Source: Isurus oxyrinchus (lineage: Eukaryota). From it: a stretch of 64,000 nucleotides of DNA. Positions 22,936 through 37,059 of the stretch are shown piece by piece. The position numbers were made by a program, and so were the translations under genes. Each line of letters begins with the position of its first letter. Positions within the stretch are counted from its first letter, which is position 1. The stretch lies in the NCBI GenBank assembly GCA_026770705.1, contig JANJGN010000035.1:13764001-13828000 (forward strand), written 5' to 3'. Below the pieces are notes generated by a model. It saw only the letters and a program-made list of their open reading frames with translations, searched no databases and was not told where the DNA came from.

Positions 22936-25003
22936 GTCTCTCATTCTTTTGTCTTACGGCCAAGAGTGAGGAAGGATGTTTCTTTCAGTTACAGGAAAGC
23001 ATCACATTTAAATTTTCAGCGAAAATTCTAAAAGTCAGGCCAAAAATAACATCATTGTGGATGTGGAGGTAACGAGCTTATTATGTCACAAATTGCAATC
23101 CTGAGCTGTGTTACCATACAGAGCCTGGCTTATTTTCAGTTAAACGAACAGTTGGCATTTTTACATCTGTGAAAGGTCCTTGTGATTCGCAAAGAGGACG
23201 TGACCCATCTTCATGTGGATGTTGGTCACTGCCCTGGTCACAGAAGGGGTTGCGTCTAATTTTTCATACAACGCAGTCGATGCAAATGTCCAGTGAGAGG
23301 TTAGTTCCCACAGTGCCCATCAACAAGAAGAGAAAAAAAGTCAGGGAATCAAATGAAAACCGAAAATCCAAGTAAGATATGTAGCAGACAAGGGTTTTAC
23401 TGTTTTATTCTTCCATCGGTCACAATTCCAACACATAATGCTTCATTTTCAGGATACTCCAGGCTAGTTCATATGGCCGATGCATCTAGGGACATCAACA
23501 CTTACCCTCGTAAGTTCCCTTCCCCTCTCCATTTCGAGCCAAATCAAATGTATAGTTCGAATATCATTAACGCAGTTTCCATGATGTAAAACTTCTCTTC
23601 ACAGCGTGGTTGGCCTTGTCTCGATTCTCTCAGATGCTCGTCAAGGTGCATGTGCCAAAAGTATATTTTATGCAGTTGTCCATCTCAGTATATCCCACTG
23701 AAGAACTAATAATGCCTGAGTGAAAAAAAATACACTAATAAGGACACCTGTAATGTGTGTTTGGTATGGCAATAGGTGTTATAAGGCGATAGAGATTTCA
23801 TGTGTCCTTATGTTATTGAAAAGATGATGAATTTACCAGCTGATTGAAAAGACCAAGCAATCAGACAGAAAGCATATATTAGGAAAGCCTTCTCCTTTTG
23901 AAACCCTCTTAACTATATTCAGTAAGCAGGCGGTTTTCGAGCTGTTAACCACGGCTTGGAATTCTTGTGCCTACATGCTAGAAGAAGGAATCCTTACTGT
24001 TACACAGCAGATAATCTACACATTTATTTTGCTGCATCTCACTGTTCGGTGATCGTTTTACAACACATCGGAAGTTTATTCCATTAATGCTTATTGCATC
24101 AGTTGAACAAGGAAATTCTGCAGCTTATCAATGCATTACTTACATTATGCAGAACGATGTGAGGAGAGCATTTATGAAATAAATTAAGGCAGGAAACCTT
24201 CTTGCAGGGAAAATTGTATGTGCTCGAACAACAGCATGAGCTTGCCCGATCTCATTATTTCCCTGCACTGAATATTAACAGAATGCAGATTGCAACCGAA
24301 ATTTGACTTCAACAGTCCAACATTGCAATTATTTGTATTTCTTCTACAATGCACAATGCAACGTCAAATTAAATAGCCATAATCCTTCAGATTCGATTTG
24401 TATGATCACTCTTGCCATCAGCATTATTATGCAAAGGGTGCAACTTCCGATTGAACATTTACCGGGCTGCATTGGTAAAAAAAAAAAACTTTGGAATGTC
24501 CTGGAAACTTTAATTCTGTTGACTACTGACTAAAAAATCAGAATGGAGATATCAGATTCCTCTAATTTCAGGAAGCGTGTCAGTCAAGTGAACAAAAAGC
24601 ACTACGGAAATTATTGAGTAAAATAAATGCCATCGATTCACGAAAAGTCGATTCCTCCAACGGGAAAGACCGTTTCTTTTGGAGGTGCCAAGACGTGGGT
24701 TCTATCGTACTAACCTATCCAAAACATCCACACGTGATCCATGAAAAGAATGATTGAAAGAAGCTCAATCATTACACTCATGACATAGATCTCGGATTCA
24801 CAACGTTTAAACTTGCTTGACTGCCGAACATTACATCTGTGCTTTCGTTACCATTTCGCTTAAAAACTCACAAAATTACATTAGCAACCTATCATATCAT
24901 AAGAAATATTGCTGAGTCTTTACTGAGCGAAATGTTCGTAAGTTAAACTCTTTGATCTCTCTTATTTTCATTTAAGGTATATTTTTGATCCAAGATTTGA
25001 AAC

Positions 25004-25079
25004 ATGGCTGAACCACTTAGCACTGAACCCGGACCCGCTAAACCAGATACACTCACAATCTGCTACAGCGGAAGACCCG
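25004..25079 (+). CDS. Candidate first coding exon of an unknown small gene (MAEPLSTEPGPAKPDTLTICYSGRP)
   Basis: Acceptor ttttcatttaAG at 24976, Kozak aacATGG, donor CCG|GTGAGT, phase 1. Confidence 0.4.
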
Positions 25080-25479
25080 GTGAGTTACCGAGGCTCCCGA
25101 ATTCATTCAGCAGACCGAGGAGTAAGCAGCCGAGGAATTATGTTGGAACAAACAAAAGTTCTGGGAGTAAGCTTAATTCATTCTTTTTAAATTCAAAATT
25201 TAATCCTTTTCAAAAGGGTCAAAATTTTAAAAGGTAATGTTGCACAATCAATATACAATGAGCAAAATGGTGCTCACGGCTATCTGTAAGAACAGGATGA
25301 AATAGTGCCAACTTTCATTCGCTTTGTTATTCATAGTAATATCGCATGCATAATTCCAATCGGAATACAATTCAGCAATTATATAATTATATTTCAGACT
25401 TATTTTTTAAGGTCTGTCACGGGCCGTGGGCGACCCTGAAAGTTCTGTATTTAATGTTCATTTAAAATTTCCCCCTTGA

Positions 25480-25850
25480 CAACACTGAGTTGTGCTTCCA
25501 TCATGAGCCGTCAACGGCTCTATGGCGATGATGCTCTGAGACAATTAGTGGAGACGGAACAGATGATTTCGAGCAACTGAGGCTGAGGGTAGGAACATTT
25601 ATTTACAAGTGAGGATCTTATGTGATGTAGATGTGCTCTTGAGTTTGTTACTCTCACAGACATGCTTCCCTCTGCCCTGCTCAGTGGTAAAAGTTGCGGG
25701 TTTGTGAGGTGCTGACAACAATGCATCGATGGCTTCCCAGAGTGAACCCTGAAAGGCGGAACCCAGAGCATTTTACAGTCCACCAGTGGTGGAGGAGGGA
25801 TTGTTGGAATGGATCCCTGGTCTAGGCTTCGATGACATAACTCACCATAC
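25480..25850 (-). mobile_element. CR1/L2-superfamily LINE fragment
   Basis: gcgggtttgtgaggtgctg...accagtggtggagg is the reverse of the SLHHR region. Confidence 0.55.
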
Positions 25851-25869
25851 TTTATGAGATTTGATCCAT

Positions 25870-26720
25870 GAATCCACCATCCCCCCCCCCCCCCCCACTT
25901 CTTCCTCCTCTTCCACTACTTCTCCTTCTCTCTCTATCTGCTATCTCACCCTCTCCCCCAATCCCTACCCCTTTCTATGTCACTCTCTATGTATTAGGCT
26001 TTGACAGCCCTTCTCTCTGTCTCTCTCAGTCTCTTTCTCTCTCTGTCTGTCACTCTCTAAATGAATTAATCCAGGGTTTATTATGCAAGCTGTTTTCTAA
26101 TCAACCTTCCTTTATTTTTTACTCTTCCTCCACTTGTCTTTATATCTTTCTTCCCGTCTCCCCATCCATCTCCACTCTCTCCCCTTCTCCCCAAACTGTC
26201 TCCAAACCTCTCTTTCTTCTACACATTCTTTGTCCCGATCTGTTATATCCCCCCTAACAGATCTCTGCCTCTAACTCTCTCACACACTCCCTATCTCTAT
26301 TTCTCCCCCACCCACCGCCACCTCCCGCTCTTACTCCCTATCTCTCCCACCCACTCCACCCATTGCTTTTCTTGCCTTCCCATCTCGGTGTCTACCAATC
26401 AACCACTCCCCCGCCCTCTCACACTCTCTTCCCGATATCACCCAACCAAAGCAGCCTCCCACTCCATCTCTCTCTCTCTCACCCTCTTCTGTCTCTTGCT
26501 GTCTGCTTGTCTTTCTCTCTGTCTCCCTACCTCTCAATTCCTAGCCTCCCCTGCAACTCTGTCACATCTCTCCTACTCACCCAATCCCCTGCTCTCTAGC
26601 CCTCCTTCTCTCTCACTCCACCTCTCTCTATCCCACAACCGCCATCTCCCGCTCGCTCTCTTTCTCATTCTCGTTCTCTGCTTGCCTCTGTCTCCCTGCC
26701 TGTCTCCTTCTCTCTCTAAC
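25870..26720. repeat. CT-rich polypyrimidine low-complexity tract
   Basis: About 850 bp dominated by ct/tc, with a C run at about 25880-25896. Confidence 0.85.
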
Positions 26721-26789
26721 TAGCAGTTATATTTTATTTGGTTTGATATGCTTTTCCTATGAGCACATTGTGTTATATACTATTATTAG

Positions 26790-26915
26790 GTCACTCAGAT
26801 TGTCTTGGGAAAGTGATTTATTCTCCATTGGATTATTCCCTACTAGACAACAATAGCTCCGAACACAGTGCCCTTATCAAGAATATTCAGAACACACTGA
26901 GGGAGCGGTCTGTGG
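26790..26915 (+). CDS. Candidate exon 2 (GHSDCLGKVIYSPLDYSLLDNNSSEHSALIKNIQNTLRERSV)
   Basis: Open, phase 1-1, in frame with 25004-25079; donor TGG|GTAAGT. Confidence 0.4.
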
Positions 26916-27297
26916 GTAAGTATCTGGTAAAGGTCTGCAGAAAGAATGAGATGGTTAGATTTGAACATATTAGATGGTTGAAAAACATTCGTGCTTTTTT
27001 GCAGCAAAGGACAACTGATTGATTTTCAATGTCATCCATTCAGAAATCATTGCAAATATTTGGCCTGCACTTGTAGAATTTTGTTAATCCCCGAATGTAC
27101 TTTGCAGCACATGTGAATATACACAACTCGGTCAACTTAGAAGGAAAATGGCGATCTTCTTATATCACAGACAATCCTATAAAACTGCACTGAAATTAAT
27201 TTACAAAAAGGGTGTTGAAATGTATTCCTGCCTTTGTGTATTTCTGCCATAGTCTCCTTCAGTTTTAACTGCAATCACATTTTTTTTTCATCCACAG

Positions 27298-27332
27298 TCT
27301 CTGAAAGTGTGGTTCCAATGGGCCACATCTAA
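27298..27332 (+). CDS. Candidate terminal exon (VSESVVPMGHI*)
   Basis: Strong acceptor ttttttttcatccacAG; AATAAA at 27481. Confidence 0.3.
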
Positions 27333-30299
27333 ATCGTTTCTGTCTTTGTCACAGTATATCCTGTACCTCGCCAAAATATTTCACTGGTACTCTTACATGG
27401 TATCATAAATCGCTCTGCTACGAATTGGCACTGGCTTCCCACTGACTGGACGATAGTTTGTTGCATCATTTTAGATCCGGAATAAATGTTGCCTCAAATA
27501 ACAAGCAATGAAAGCCACCTACCAAAATGTCACCCAGACAATCATGCTGCGCTGGAACGTGTAGTCTTGTAGAGAGCGTGTTATCAGCTCAAGATGTTTT
27601 TTGCTCTTTGCGCCCATAACTTAACGTTGTCAGGAAATTTGTATGCTTGGCACCCTAACCCTTCATCTAACACTCGACAAATTCCGGGAGAAGCTGATAT
27701 CCCAATATGGATTGGTGGAAGACAACTATTGTCATAGCACGTGAATAATCCAACAGAAGAAAAAGAAGACAGTCACAGATCAAGAGAGTTGTTATCATTA
27801 TAAACATGACCTATCAACTGAAATGCATATTTACAGTTTTTGTTCCAGTTTATCTTTTGTGGGAGCCTCTGGAACTTTCTAGTATCACAGCCAAATTCTC
27901 GTCTTGTGAGTATGTCCAACTTGCATTTCGCTGAAACAAAAAAAAAATAATTGCAGGAGCATTGTGTTAACGTTAAATTCTGTACCGAGCCGATTTAGCG
28001 CAGAATGGACAATTAGCCTTGATGCTACAATGTTCACTCATCAAGTAGCTCTGGTGATGGGGTATACCCTGCACTGTGTTATCGTGTACAACAAATGATA
28101 GTGAACTGGCAGACCCGTTTAACTTCTCCAATTTCATATCAATAAAGGAACACATTCAAAAGCAGAGGTGCAGGTTAAAGATAGATGGAACCACAGTTGA
28201 ATTATCTGCGCACAGTTTTGATCAGGATTGTAAATAGGCATTGGAGAAAGTGATCGCAAGGATGACAGGGGAAAAAAATTTTCGATTCAAAATTTATTTC
28301 CAAGTATTTAAAAGGCCAAAGATTGAGCAATGCCGTGCACACAACACACAAATTAAACTGCTTCTTTAGAAGAATATATTTGCGAATTGCAATGAATGAA
28401 ATTTTGTATGTCTTTGGCTGTGTGCCATGAATATATTATCGACCAAGCATCCAACGACTTTCTGTGAAATAGCACGGCGGACAGATATCAAAATGAATTA
28501 CTGCTTTCTCTCCGATGCTGTGCGCCTCTCTGGTGACGAACTTGACCACTGTCTTTGTGGTAGCGGCGGATGTGTTCCTGTTTCATTTCGACATTGGCAC
28601 TTGGCCTGGACCAAGATTATGTGCTCCCGAAATCGTTGGAGGTCATTCTGCAGTATCTGTGAGGACAGAATAAATTCTGCACTTACGGCCGAATTATGTG
28701 AAGCCAAAAATGCAGCACTAACACCAGTTTGCTTTATTGGATATAGCATTGCTGAGAATGGACAATAAGGAAAGGGCTTGCTGCCATGTTACAGTCCCAG
28801 ACCAAACTACATCCACCTAACCAACTAAATCCAGCGATGGAAGAAAAACAATTTGTGTTTGTCTGACACTCTTAAACTCGTGAAACTTCCTCAGCTGCTT
28901 CACAGGAGCGTTACCACCCAAATCACACATCCATACATAGGGGGCGATAGCAGCTTAGGAAGCAAAAAACCTTTTTTAATATGCGTTGGAGGAGCACCTT
29001 CGGGTGCATGGCTGCTGAGCAGACTGGTGCAAGATTGCATGTTGGCAGTGGTGTTTTTTTTTTACTTCAAATTTAGGAAAGAGTGAAATCTATGAAGGGG
29101 GGCAAGAGAGAACGGGTATACTACAGAAGGAGGACTCCAAGTTACTCACGAGACTATTCCCGTCCAGTTACCTAACTGCCACTCAAAAGCCGACAGAACC
29201 AAATTGGACATGCAAAGCACACAAAGCCTAAAGCGCCAACCCCGCGACAATGCTGGCTTCCCTCTCCTCCCCCAAGATATTTCACAGCCTTTGGATCATG
29301 ACAACCGCATATTTTTCGTTTTGTATTCACGCAATAAGTGGGAATGCATTACCCTGCTTCTACCTGCTGAAGCCTTTACTTATCGTTAAACATCTCTCTC
29401 ATATTCACCACTCAGGCTTTTGTTTTCTAGTGGAAAGAATACAGAATGCTCACCTATATGCACTGTCAAATCCCTTCTTCAGAATCCCCAAAACCACTTT
29501 GGTTGAGCTGCCTATTGGAGGTCAAATCATACGTGATTTTTTTTTTCCACGGAGTGGACTGTATATATGTATGTAAATGCCTGGCTGAAAATGGATCACA
29601 GTCAGAAGCCTGATGAGTTACAAGCTCAACTTATCTGTTGTATTTTATTTTATCCACTCGCTTGTCTGCCCATTGCCAACGCCGCCTTCAGATATCCCGT
29701 TTTCTGAGATAGTGAGAGAATACGAGCAAAACGACGCCCATACATTTAACTTTCTATGGATGTGCATTCTATGACAAATGTGAAAGGTGCCTTCCAATAC
29801 AGTGTTGTCCCAGATCAATGTCCGGTCTCATCTGGTTTCTTTCCCCAAGTCTGACTACATTCTCTGCCCGCTAATCTGAGTAAAGTTTATTCATGAATTG
29901 TGCTGTCACAGTGGACATGAGTTCCTCGTAGCCAGAAGTCCTTTGCCTTATTTCCAGTTGTCCTTAGCATATTCCTGCCACTGATGAACAGGGATATCAT
30001 TTCAAGTTCCTAGTTTTCCTCTGGTTCATCGTGCTGTTGGCGATTTCGATGTCAATCTTTGTTTCCTTTTATGCATGGGAGGCACTGGGCAGCAATTCGT
30101 AGATTAAAGTTCATAGATAAGTCATTACACAGGTACCAGATTTTATAGGTGTTAATCTGAAGAGAAACAAGTGACTTGAATCTCCACAGCACATTTTCTG
30201 ATTATTAGAAAGCGTCTTACAAGGAGAGAAGTAGTCTCCTCTCAATAGGAATGTGAATATGGCTAGCTGATATTTCGTGGATGTTGGAAAGAGCTCTTA

Positions 30300-31030
30300 G
30301 ATTCAAAGGGATCTGGGTGTCACAATACAAGAATCACAAAAGTCAACTGTGCAGGTGCATCAAGTACTTAGGATATCTAATTGAATATTATAATTTATTG
30401 TGAGGAGTATTGAATACTAAATAGAGAAAATACGCTTCAGTTGTACAGGCATTTTTGAGAACACATCTGGAGTTAAGAGTACACTACTGGTCCCCTTAAT
30501 TAAGGAAGATACAATATAATTAGAAGCAGTTCAGAAAAGATTTACAAGACTAACATTAGGAATGGATGCGCTTTCTTACGAGGAATGGTTGGAATGATTA
30601 CACTAGTATTCAATGGAATGTAGAACAGAAAGAGGTAACTTTATTGAAACATATGTGTGGCTGAGGGATATTGATAGATTGTTTGTGGAGATGAGGTTTC
30701 CTCTTGTGGGAGAATCTAGAAATAGAGGTCACTATGTAAAATAAAGGAGTCGCTCCTTAGCATCAGAGCTGAGGTGTACTACTTTCCGTCCGTGTGTGGT
30801 GAGACTTTGGAACCGCTTTCATGAAAAGGTAGTGGAAGCAGGTTCTTTGAATATTTTTAAGGCGGAGAAAGATATATTCTTGCTTAACAAGGGTATAAAA
30901 TTTTATCTGGAGTCAGCGGGAATGTGGGACTTGGCATCATTCAAATCAGCTATGGTTTTGTTGAATTGAGGAGCAGGATTGATGGGGTGGCTGGCCGACT
31001 CCTGTTCCTTTTTAGTCAGTTCGTATGCTC
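30300..31030 (+). mobile_element. CR1 LINE 3' portion
   Basis: caaagggatctgggtgtc, ttagaagcagttcagaaaagatttacaagactaa, CR1 tail. Confidence 0.85.
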
Positions 31031-31459
31031 AAACACACGAATGCTAGAGTAAAATGTTAACTAGCTGTGGAAAGGCCGCTGTGATATGAAGCTGTGGGAG
31101 GAGGTGGAGGATGAGTGCTTTTCAGATGCTTGTGTGTTGCAATGGGTCAGTTCTGGTTCAATTACTCCCTCCTAACTTCTATAAACCAACAAGCATATGG
31201 TGCGAGAAGCTAAATGATGAAGGTTGCGACTGGAACACAACTTGGTAATTCGGTGCATATAGGTGAGTGGGGTTGTTGACTCGAGATGCATAGATAGAAT
31301 AGCGAAATGGGCAGGAGCTGCGTCGATGTTGCTGAATGCTGTCATGTATAACGTTTGAAAAGGCCAATATGGTAGGACAAATTTCTATTAACATTCTGAA
31401 AAGACGAGGTGAGAAGATCAGTCTTCCTTTTCATACAGAACAATCTTAATGTTTTGATA

Positions 31460-31772
31460 TTCATTCATGTGATGTGCTTGTTTCTGGCTTGGGGTCAGTA
31501 TTTGTTTCCACACTTTTGGTCAGAGGGTAGTTAAGAGACAACTACATGTAACCAAGACCATGTAAAGATGGTATACTTCCTTCCCCAAAGGACATTGGTG
31601 AATCATACGGAGCTTCAAAACAATCGGCAATGGTTGCACAATCTTGAATTTAATTCCTGGCTTTTATTGAATTCGAACTTCAGCATCCACCATGCAGAAT
31701 CCGGGTACACCGTGCAATACCCTGGGTCTTTGGAATAATAGTCAGTAACAATACTACTATGCCACCGCCTCT
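31460..31772 (-). mobile_element. tRNA-derived SINE
   Basis: cagagggtagttaagagacaac...aatactactatgccaccgcctc (reverse head). Confidence 0.75.
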
Positions 31773-33009
31773 AAATTGAGTTATACAGTCAGAAATCGGC
31801 TGAATGTGCGCCAACTTTATAATCGCTGCTTGAGTCAGCTGGAGCCTTATGGACAATTCCTCACATGATACTCTTCCAATATTTAATGATTTTAAAAGCG
31901 GTAGTGGGGAATTGTCCAGGTTGTTACACAGGAAATGGACAATTGCTGTAAGGACAGTTAAATGATAGTGAAGTCTCTCCTAATTCACATAAAATGTTTC
32001 GGAGGTGACTTACTAAAGCTTTTGAAGATGCTGGAATGATTTGATCTAAGAGATAGGAAAAATGCTGCTCCCTCTATTAGGTGGACAGCCAAGAGAAATA
32101 AAATAAACGTCCTTGCAAGTAGCTTGAGAGGAAATCAAGCTCATTAATTTTCCACATGGTTGCCTGAATCTGTGACATTGTACATGAATAAGAAGTGTGT
32201 CTGGAAATTGCTTACAGAAAAAAAAAATTAACGGAAATCGGGCAGCTCGTTAAAAATGAAAAATTGACTGGCTTCCGAAGATAATGGTTGGGGGGGTTGG
32301 GGGAGGGTGGGTCAGATGTGGGACACAGCATAACTGTGCTCCTTCAACGGGACAGCACGTGGAGGGTGGGCAGATGTGCTGGAGATGTAGGAGCCAGGCC
32401 AGCACAGTTACCTGCAGTTAGAGGACAACAGAGTACTTTCCGGGCCAAAACAAGTCTGAATGTCATTAGGTCACAGCACCATTATCTCAGGAAACATCTG
32501 GTATGCAGTGATATTTGTGGGGAGAGGATGTGGCTGCCCGGGACATCTAGAGTTCCGCCTAAATTCCGGCTCTTGTCAGTTGGATTTCAGGGTTGCCATT
32601 AGATATAATCACTTACTATTCACATTATGAGAAATTTATTGTAGTTTATAATAAAATTACCACTTTGTTAGCATCAATTTTCATTTAAGTAAATTAGCTA
32701 GTGTGTGGAACGTCTATTTCTGGTCTCGCTACTTTGCATAGTCCTCACTAGTTTATTGAGTTACGTTTATTTTCTGACACAGGGTGAGAATGCTGCCAGC
32801 ACCCTGGGTTTATTTCAATATTTCTGAAAATGGTGTTCCCTTCTGTAAGACAATGTCATTTATAGATGGATTCACAAATATGACTTCATAGATATATACA
32901 AACATATATTAGGCAAGTACTCGTTGAATTAATAGTTTTTCAAAAACTAAATTCATTCTCCTAATAAATGACTACCATCTGAATGATTTCCCTTGTTTGC
33001 AACTATGAT

Positions 33010-33795
33010 GTAACGAGGATGAAAAGGACCTAGCTCTACATATCCATAGATCCTTGAAGGCAGCAGCAGAGGTACAATTGGCGGTTAACACAACATATGA
33101 TATGTTTGCCCTTATTAGATGAGGCCGAGAGAATAAGAGCAGGCAAGTTATGTTGGAGACGTGTGGAACGCTAGTTGGGCCCCATCTGGTGTACTGTGTG
33201 CAGTTCCCTTTGCCACAGTATAGGAAGGGTGTGATTGCACTCTCCAGGGTGCAGAGGAGATTCACGGGGATGTTGTCTGTGCTGGAGAATTTCAGCTATG
33301 AAATAAGACTGGGCAGGGTGAGTTTGAATTCCTTAGAGCAGAGAAGGCTCAGAGGGCACCTAAAATCGGGAATCAATGTTATGAGGGACATAGGTAGGGA
33401 AGATGGGAAAAAAAACATTTTACCTTAGTGGAGGTTTCAATATCCAGCGGGCATTGTTTTAAACTAAGAGGCAGGAGTTTTAGAGGAGATTTTAGCATTA
33501 TTTTGTTCACCCAAAATGGGGTGGAGAGGAGGGGGGGGGGGGGGGGGGGGGGGGAAGGGGGTTGGGGGGGGGGGTGTTGTGGAATACACTGAACGCACTG
33601 CCTGAACGGTGGTGAGGCAGCAACGCTCACACAATTTAAGAAGTGTTTAGATGAGCAATTGAAATGCCATAACACACAGGGCTACTGGCCAAGTGCTGGG
33701 ATATGGAATTAGAATAAATAGGTGCTAGATGACCATCAACAACTTGATGGGCCGAATGGCTTTATTCTGTGCTGTATAAATATATGGATCTATGA
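33010..33795 (+). mobile_element. CR1 LINE 3' portion with an internal poly-G tract
   Basis: ORF 33150-33428 TLVGPHLVYCVQF..PQYRK..ALSRVQRRFTGM..LEQRRLRGHL; tail gatgggccgaatggc. Confidence 0.9.
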
Positions 33796-36335
33796 CTGTT
33801 TCTGTTCACTGTTTTTACATCAAATCCTTTCCCTTTCACAGCCGCCAAAAGAATCAGCTCCTCAGGACTTCAGCTCTCAAACGCCCGTACTCCAAGGCCC
33901 GGTCTATCGCAATGTGCCGCCTCCAGCACCGCTCTAGTCTGCTGTTGATTGGTGCAGCAGGAGAGTCAGTGCAAAATCTGCCGCCATCATGAACGAGTCC
34001 AGTCCACGACTGAGTTTGCTTTTACTGTCCAAGAATGCCCTTTTCTGACTAAAATAAATCAAAGTGATAACCAGAATAAAGGGTCATCGGTGACTGATCA
34101 ACTGAACCTAAAAGGACAGTATGAGGCCATTCATGCCTTCATTATTGTGTGGTTCCTTGAAGTATCAGTGTTCACAAGTTACTTTCTGATAGCCACTCAA
34201 CTGTTTAATCAAATTACACTTTAAATAAAATATTGAGCCTTCTTCCACCAAAATTTCAAACTGCCTATAAAGTGTGCCCACTACCCGTTTGACTGTTATC
34301 CCAATTGCACATCGCAGCCCTCTCCCATTTCATACTGCCCTCCTGCACCTTGCCACATCACTAAACACTAATATGTTTCCAATAATACTTTCCGTTCTCC
34401 TTCATTGTCTCCCATCGATTACTTGCATGTTTCTCTTCCATCCTCTGCGAAATGCCAATGTCTGGCCCAGCACTCACTTGCCTTCACCTCTTCTCATTGT
34501 AACCAACCCCTTTGCTCGCTCTCAAAGACGCATCCTCCACGCAGCATTTCATTGATTTTCGTGTAAGAATTCTCATGTGTTGCACTTTTGAAACGAGTTT
34601 TATTAGAGTTCATAGTTTCACTGCTTCTAACAATCCAATTGAGTCTCCGAACACAAATCTGCGATAGGTCATTTTCCCCATATCCCACACGAAGCTTCGC
34701 TCTGGAACGCCAGTGTTCTGAACACCTGGCAGTCTGGCTCCAGCCCTTCCATTCAGAAATCAGAGAAAACGAGGTAACGACAAATTGGAAAAATAATACA
34801 ACCCACAGTGATTTCTGAGTTACCTTTGAGCCCAAGTACGGAAATGATAAAGGGGGATTTTATCTTGACCCTAACCTTAAGGCCCCAGGAAGTACATTGG
34901 GCTGTGAGAGGAAGCTTCCACACGAAAGGATGGAATGACTAATATTATTAAACATGCTGCTCAGGCAAGTACAGGTAAGGGGACAACATTGAGTTTTTAA
35001 TAGGCACATTGTACTGTCCAGTCTGTTTATTACTCAGAAGTTTACAGCACTCACAATTTAGAGATCTACACGGATTCGCTTTCATCCTTTCAGGCAGACC
35101 AGAACACACTTTCTCAAAACCAACTATGAACGAAAAAAGATACCAATGTCTTTCTCACTAACGTAATGCCTTTCCAGTTTCACATCGCCTTCAATATTGT
35201 AAAGGCCGAAATAAAAGCAGTTCTAGCCACATCCCACGCAGCTGTGTTGGATCAGGGCTTTAGTTGGGAGCAGAACCAGAAAAAGGGCCGGATTCAGGCT
35301 GCGTATGACGGGAGTTATGTGTCGAGGGTGGCTTCCGACTGCAGAAATTGATTGCTGCTGTGGGGCCTGTTTTGAGACCATTGAGAGTGCAGAGGGGAAG
35401 GGAATCGAGGGGGCCCAGAGTAGCTAAGTCGCTACATTTAACTGACGTTCAATTTGAGAGTTCAGTGCTCGGTTTCTGCCTAGTCCACCGCCTATCAGAA
35501 GATTAAATACAATTCCTGTTGCATTCTCCTGCTCCTTCAACAAAGGCTGTGATTGGCACATGCCAGGCTGAAAGAACTAGCCCGGTACTACGTGATGAAA
35601 CAACATAGATACTCCAATCACAATGCCATTCCCTGCTTGTACATTCAACAGAATGGGAACCGCTGTATTCACATTTTACTCTGTTTAAAGAGTGTAGGTG
35701 CACAACACCTAGTTATCCTGCTATTGTTGACTCTCGGAGGTAAATATAATTCTGGATAGTGTCCTGACTGGTGTCCATCGTAAAAACAGGATTCTATGTA
35801 CCATGTAGTGACCCTCTCGGCTGCCCCAAAGTTCCGTGAGTCCACGGTTCATTGCCTACCTGACTTGCAAATTATTGAATTTTCCTCATACACCTTGATC
35901 CTCATTGGAATGCGAGAAATTATCAGCCTCGAACTCAAATGTACCATCCTCCCATATCCAGATATCAAAAGACTTACAGGCATCTGTATTCTCGGACAGC
36001 CACCTCAAATCAAAATTCTCACTCACATTGTTATTGAGCACACACCCTCCCCTGTTCCCCCTCCCCTACCCTTCCCCCCTTCCCTCTCTCTGTCGCTGTG
36101 TACTCCCATCCCCCTCTCCCTTCTCATGTTTTCTTTCTCTCCCCTCTCCACCCCACCCTGCCCCCTCCCCTTCAACCCCCACTATGCACCTCCCCTTCAC
36201 CTTACTATTTCCTCTCAACTGCTCCAACACACCCGTTCTCCACACGTCCCACTCCCCACCCCACCCTACGGTCTGTGCAGTGAAATTCATGGATACAATG
36301 GACAAGATTATATTCAGATGTTTCAGCGCAACAAC

Positions 36336-36410
36336 AGCGCCTGTGGTTCAGTTGGTTAAAGAGCCTGTTCAGTAGAAAGGGGATGCACAGAGATGCCTCT
36401 TAACATAATG
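36336..36410 (+). pseudogene. tRNA-Thr(AGT)-like pseudogene
   Basis: gcgcctgtggttcagttggttaaagagcctgttcagtagaaaggggat resembles vertebrate tRNA-Thr(AGU) through the variable loop; T-loop lost. Confidence 0.55.
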
Positions 36411-37059
36411 CAGATTTTACGGTTTCAACATCCTATCAAAGGGGAAATTATCAGCCGTTCAGGTGCAAATTTATATCTGATAAAAATGCTCGAGGCCGTG
36501 ATCAGTACAGGGAAATACAAGCTCAAATGGTCCAGTGTAAATTTCAGCGCTAAATGTAGCTGGTGGGCTGCAGTGGCTCTTGAACATTCGTCACCACTAC
36601 CTTCTCAATGGCACCTAGGGATGGACATTAAATTTTGGCCCAGCCTGCGAAGCCCACACACTGTGAATGAATTTAAAACAAACTTAATCATCTTACTGAT
36701 GTACAGGCATCACAGTTATATTGAGCGATGGTGTGGTTCTCGAAATTGAGTGAACACGTGGCAGGAAAGGCAGGGGGCAGGAATGATAATCCATGAAGAT
36801 ATTATGTTTCCAAAACAATTCAATGCCCTTCAATATGTCGTTGCCACAACCTAGAGAGTGACACAGAATTTGCCTTCTTATTTTCACGATGGGTGACCTC
36901 ACACTTTCCTGCCACTAAGAACAAATAAAGTGGTTGTCTTCACCAAACATCCTCCCCCCATCTTCGATTATAACTTTCCAATGGCATTTCTGCAGCTGGG
37001 TGATGCACCTGAAGGACCGTCAGCATTCAACACATTAAGGTCTCAGCACAGATTTTTTG

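Noticed and set aside
25868-26723. Leu/Ser/Pro-rich ORFs
   Set aside because: CT-rich simple sequence.
28498-28690. Minus-strand donor and acceptor pair
   Set aside because: The implied intron is only about 30 nt, and no recognisable peptide results.
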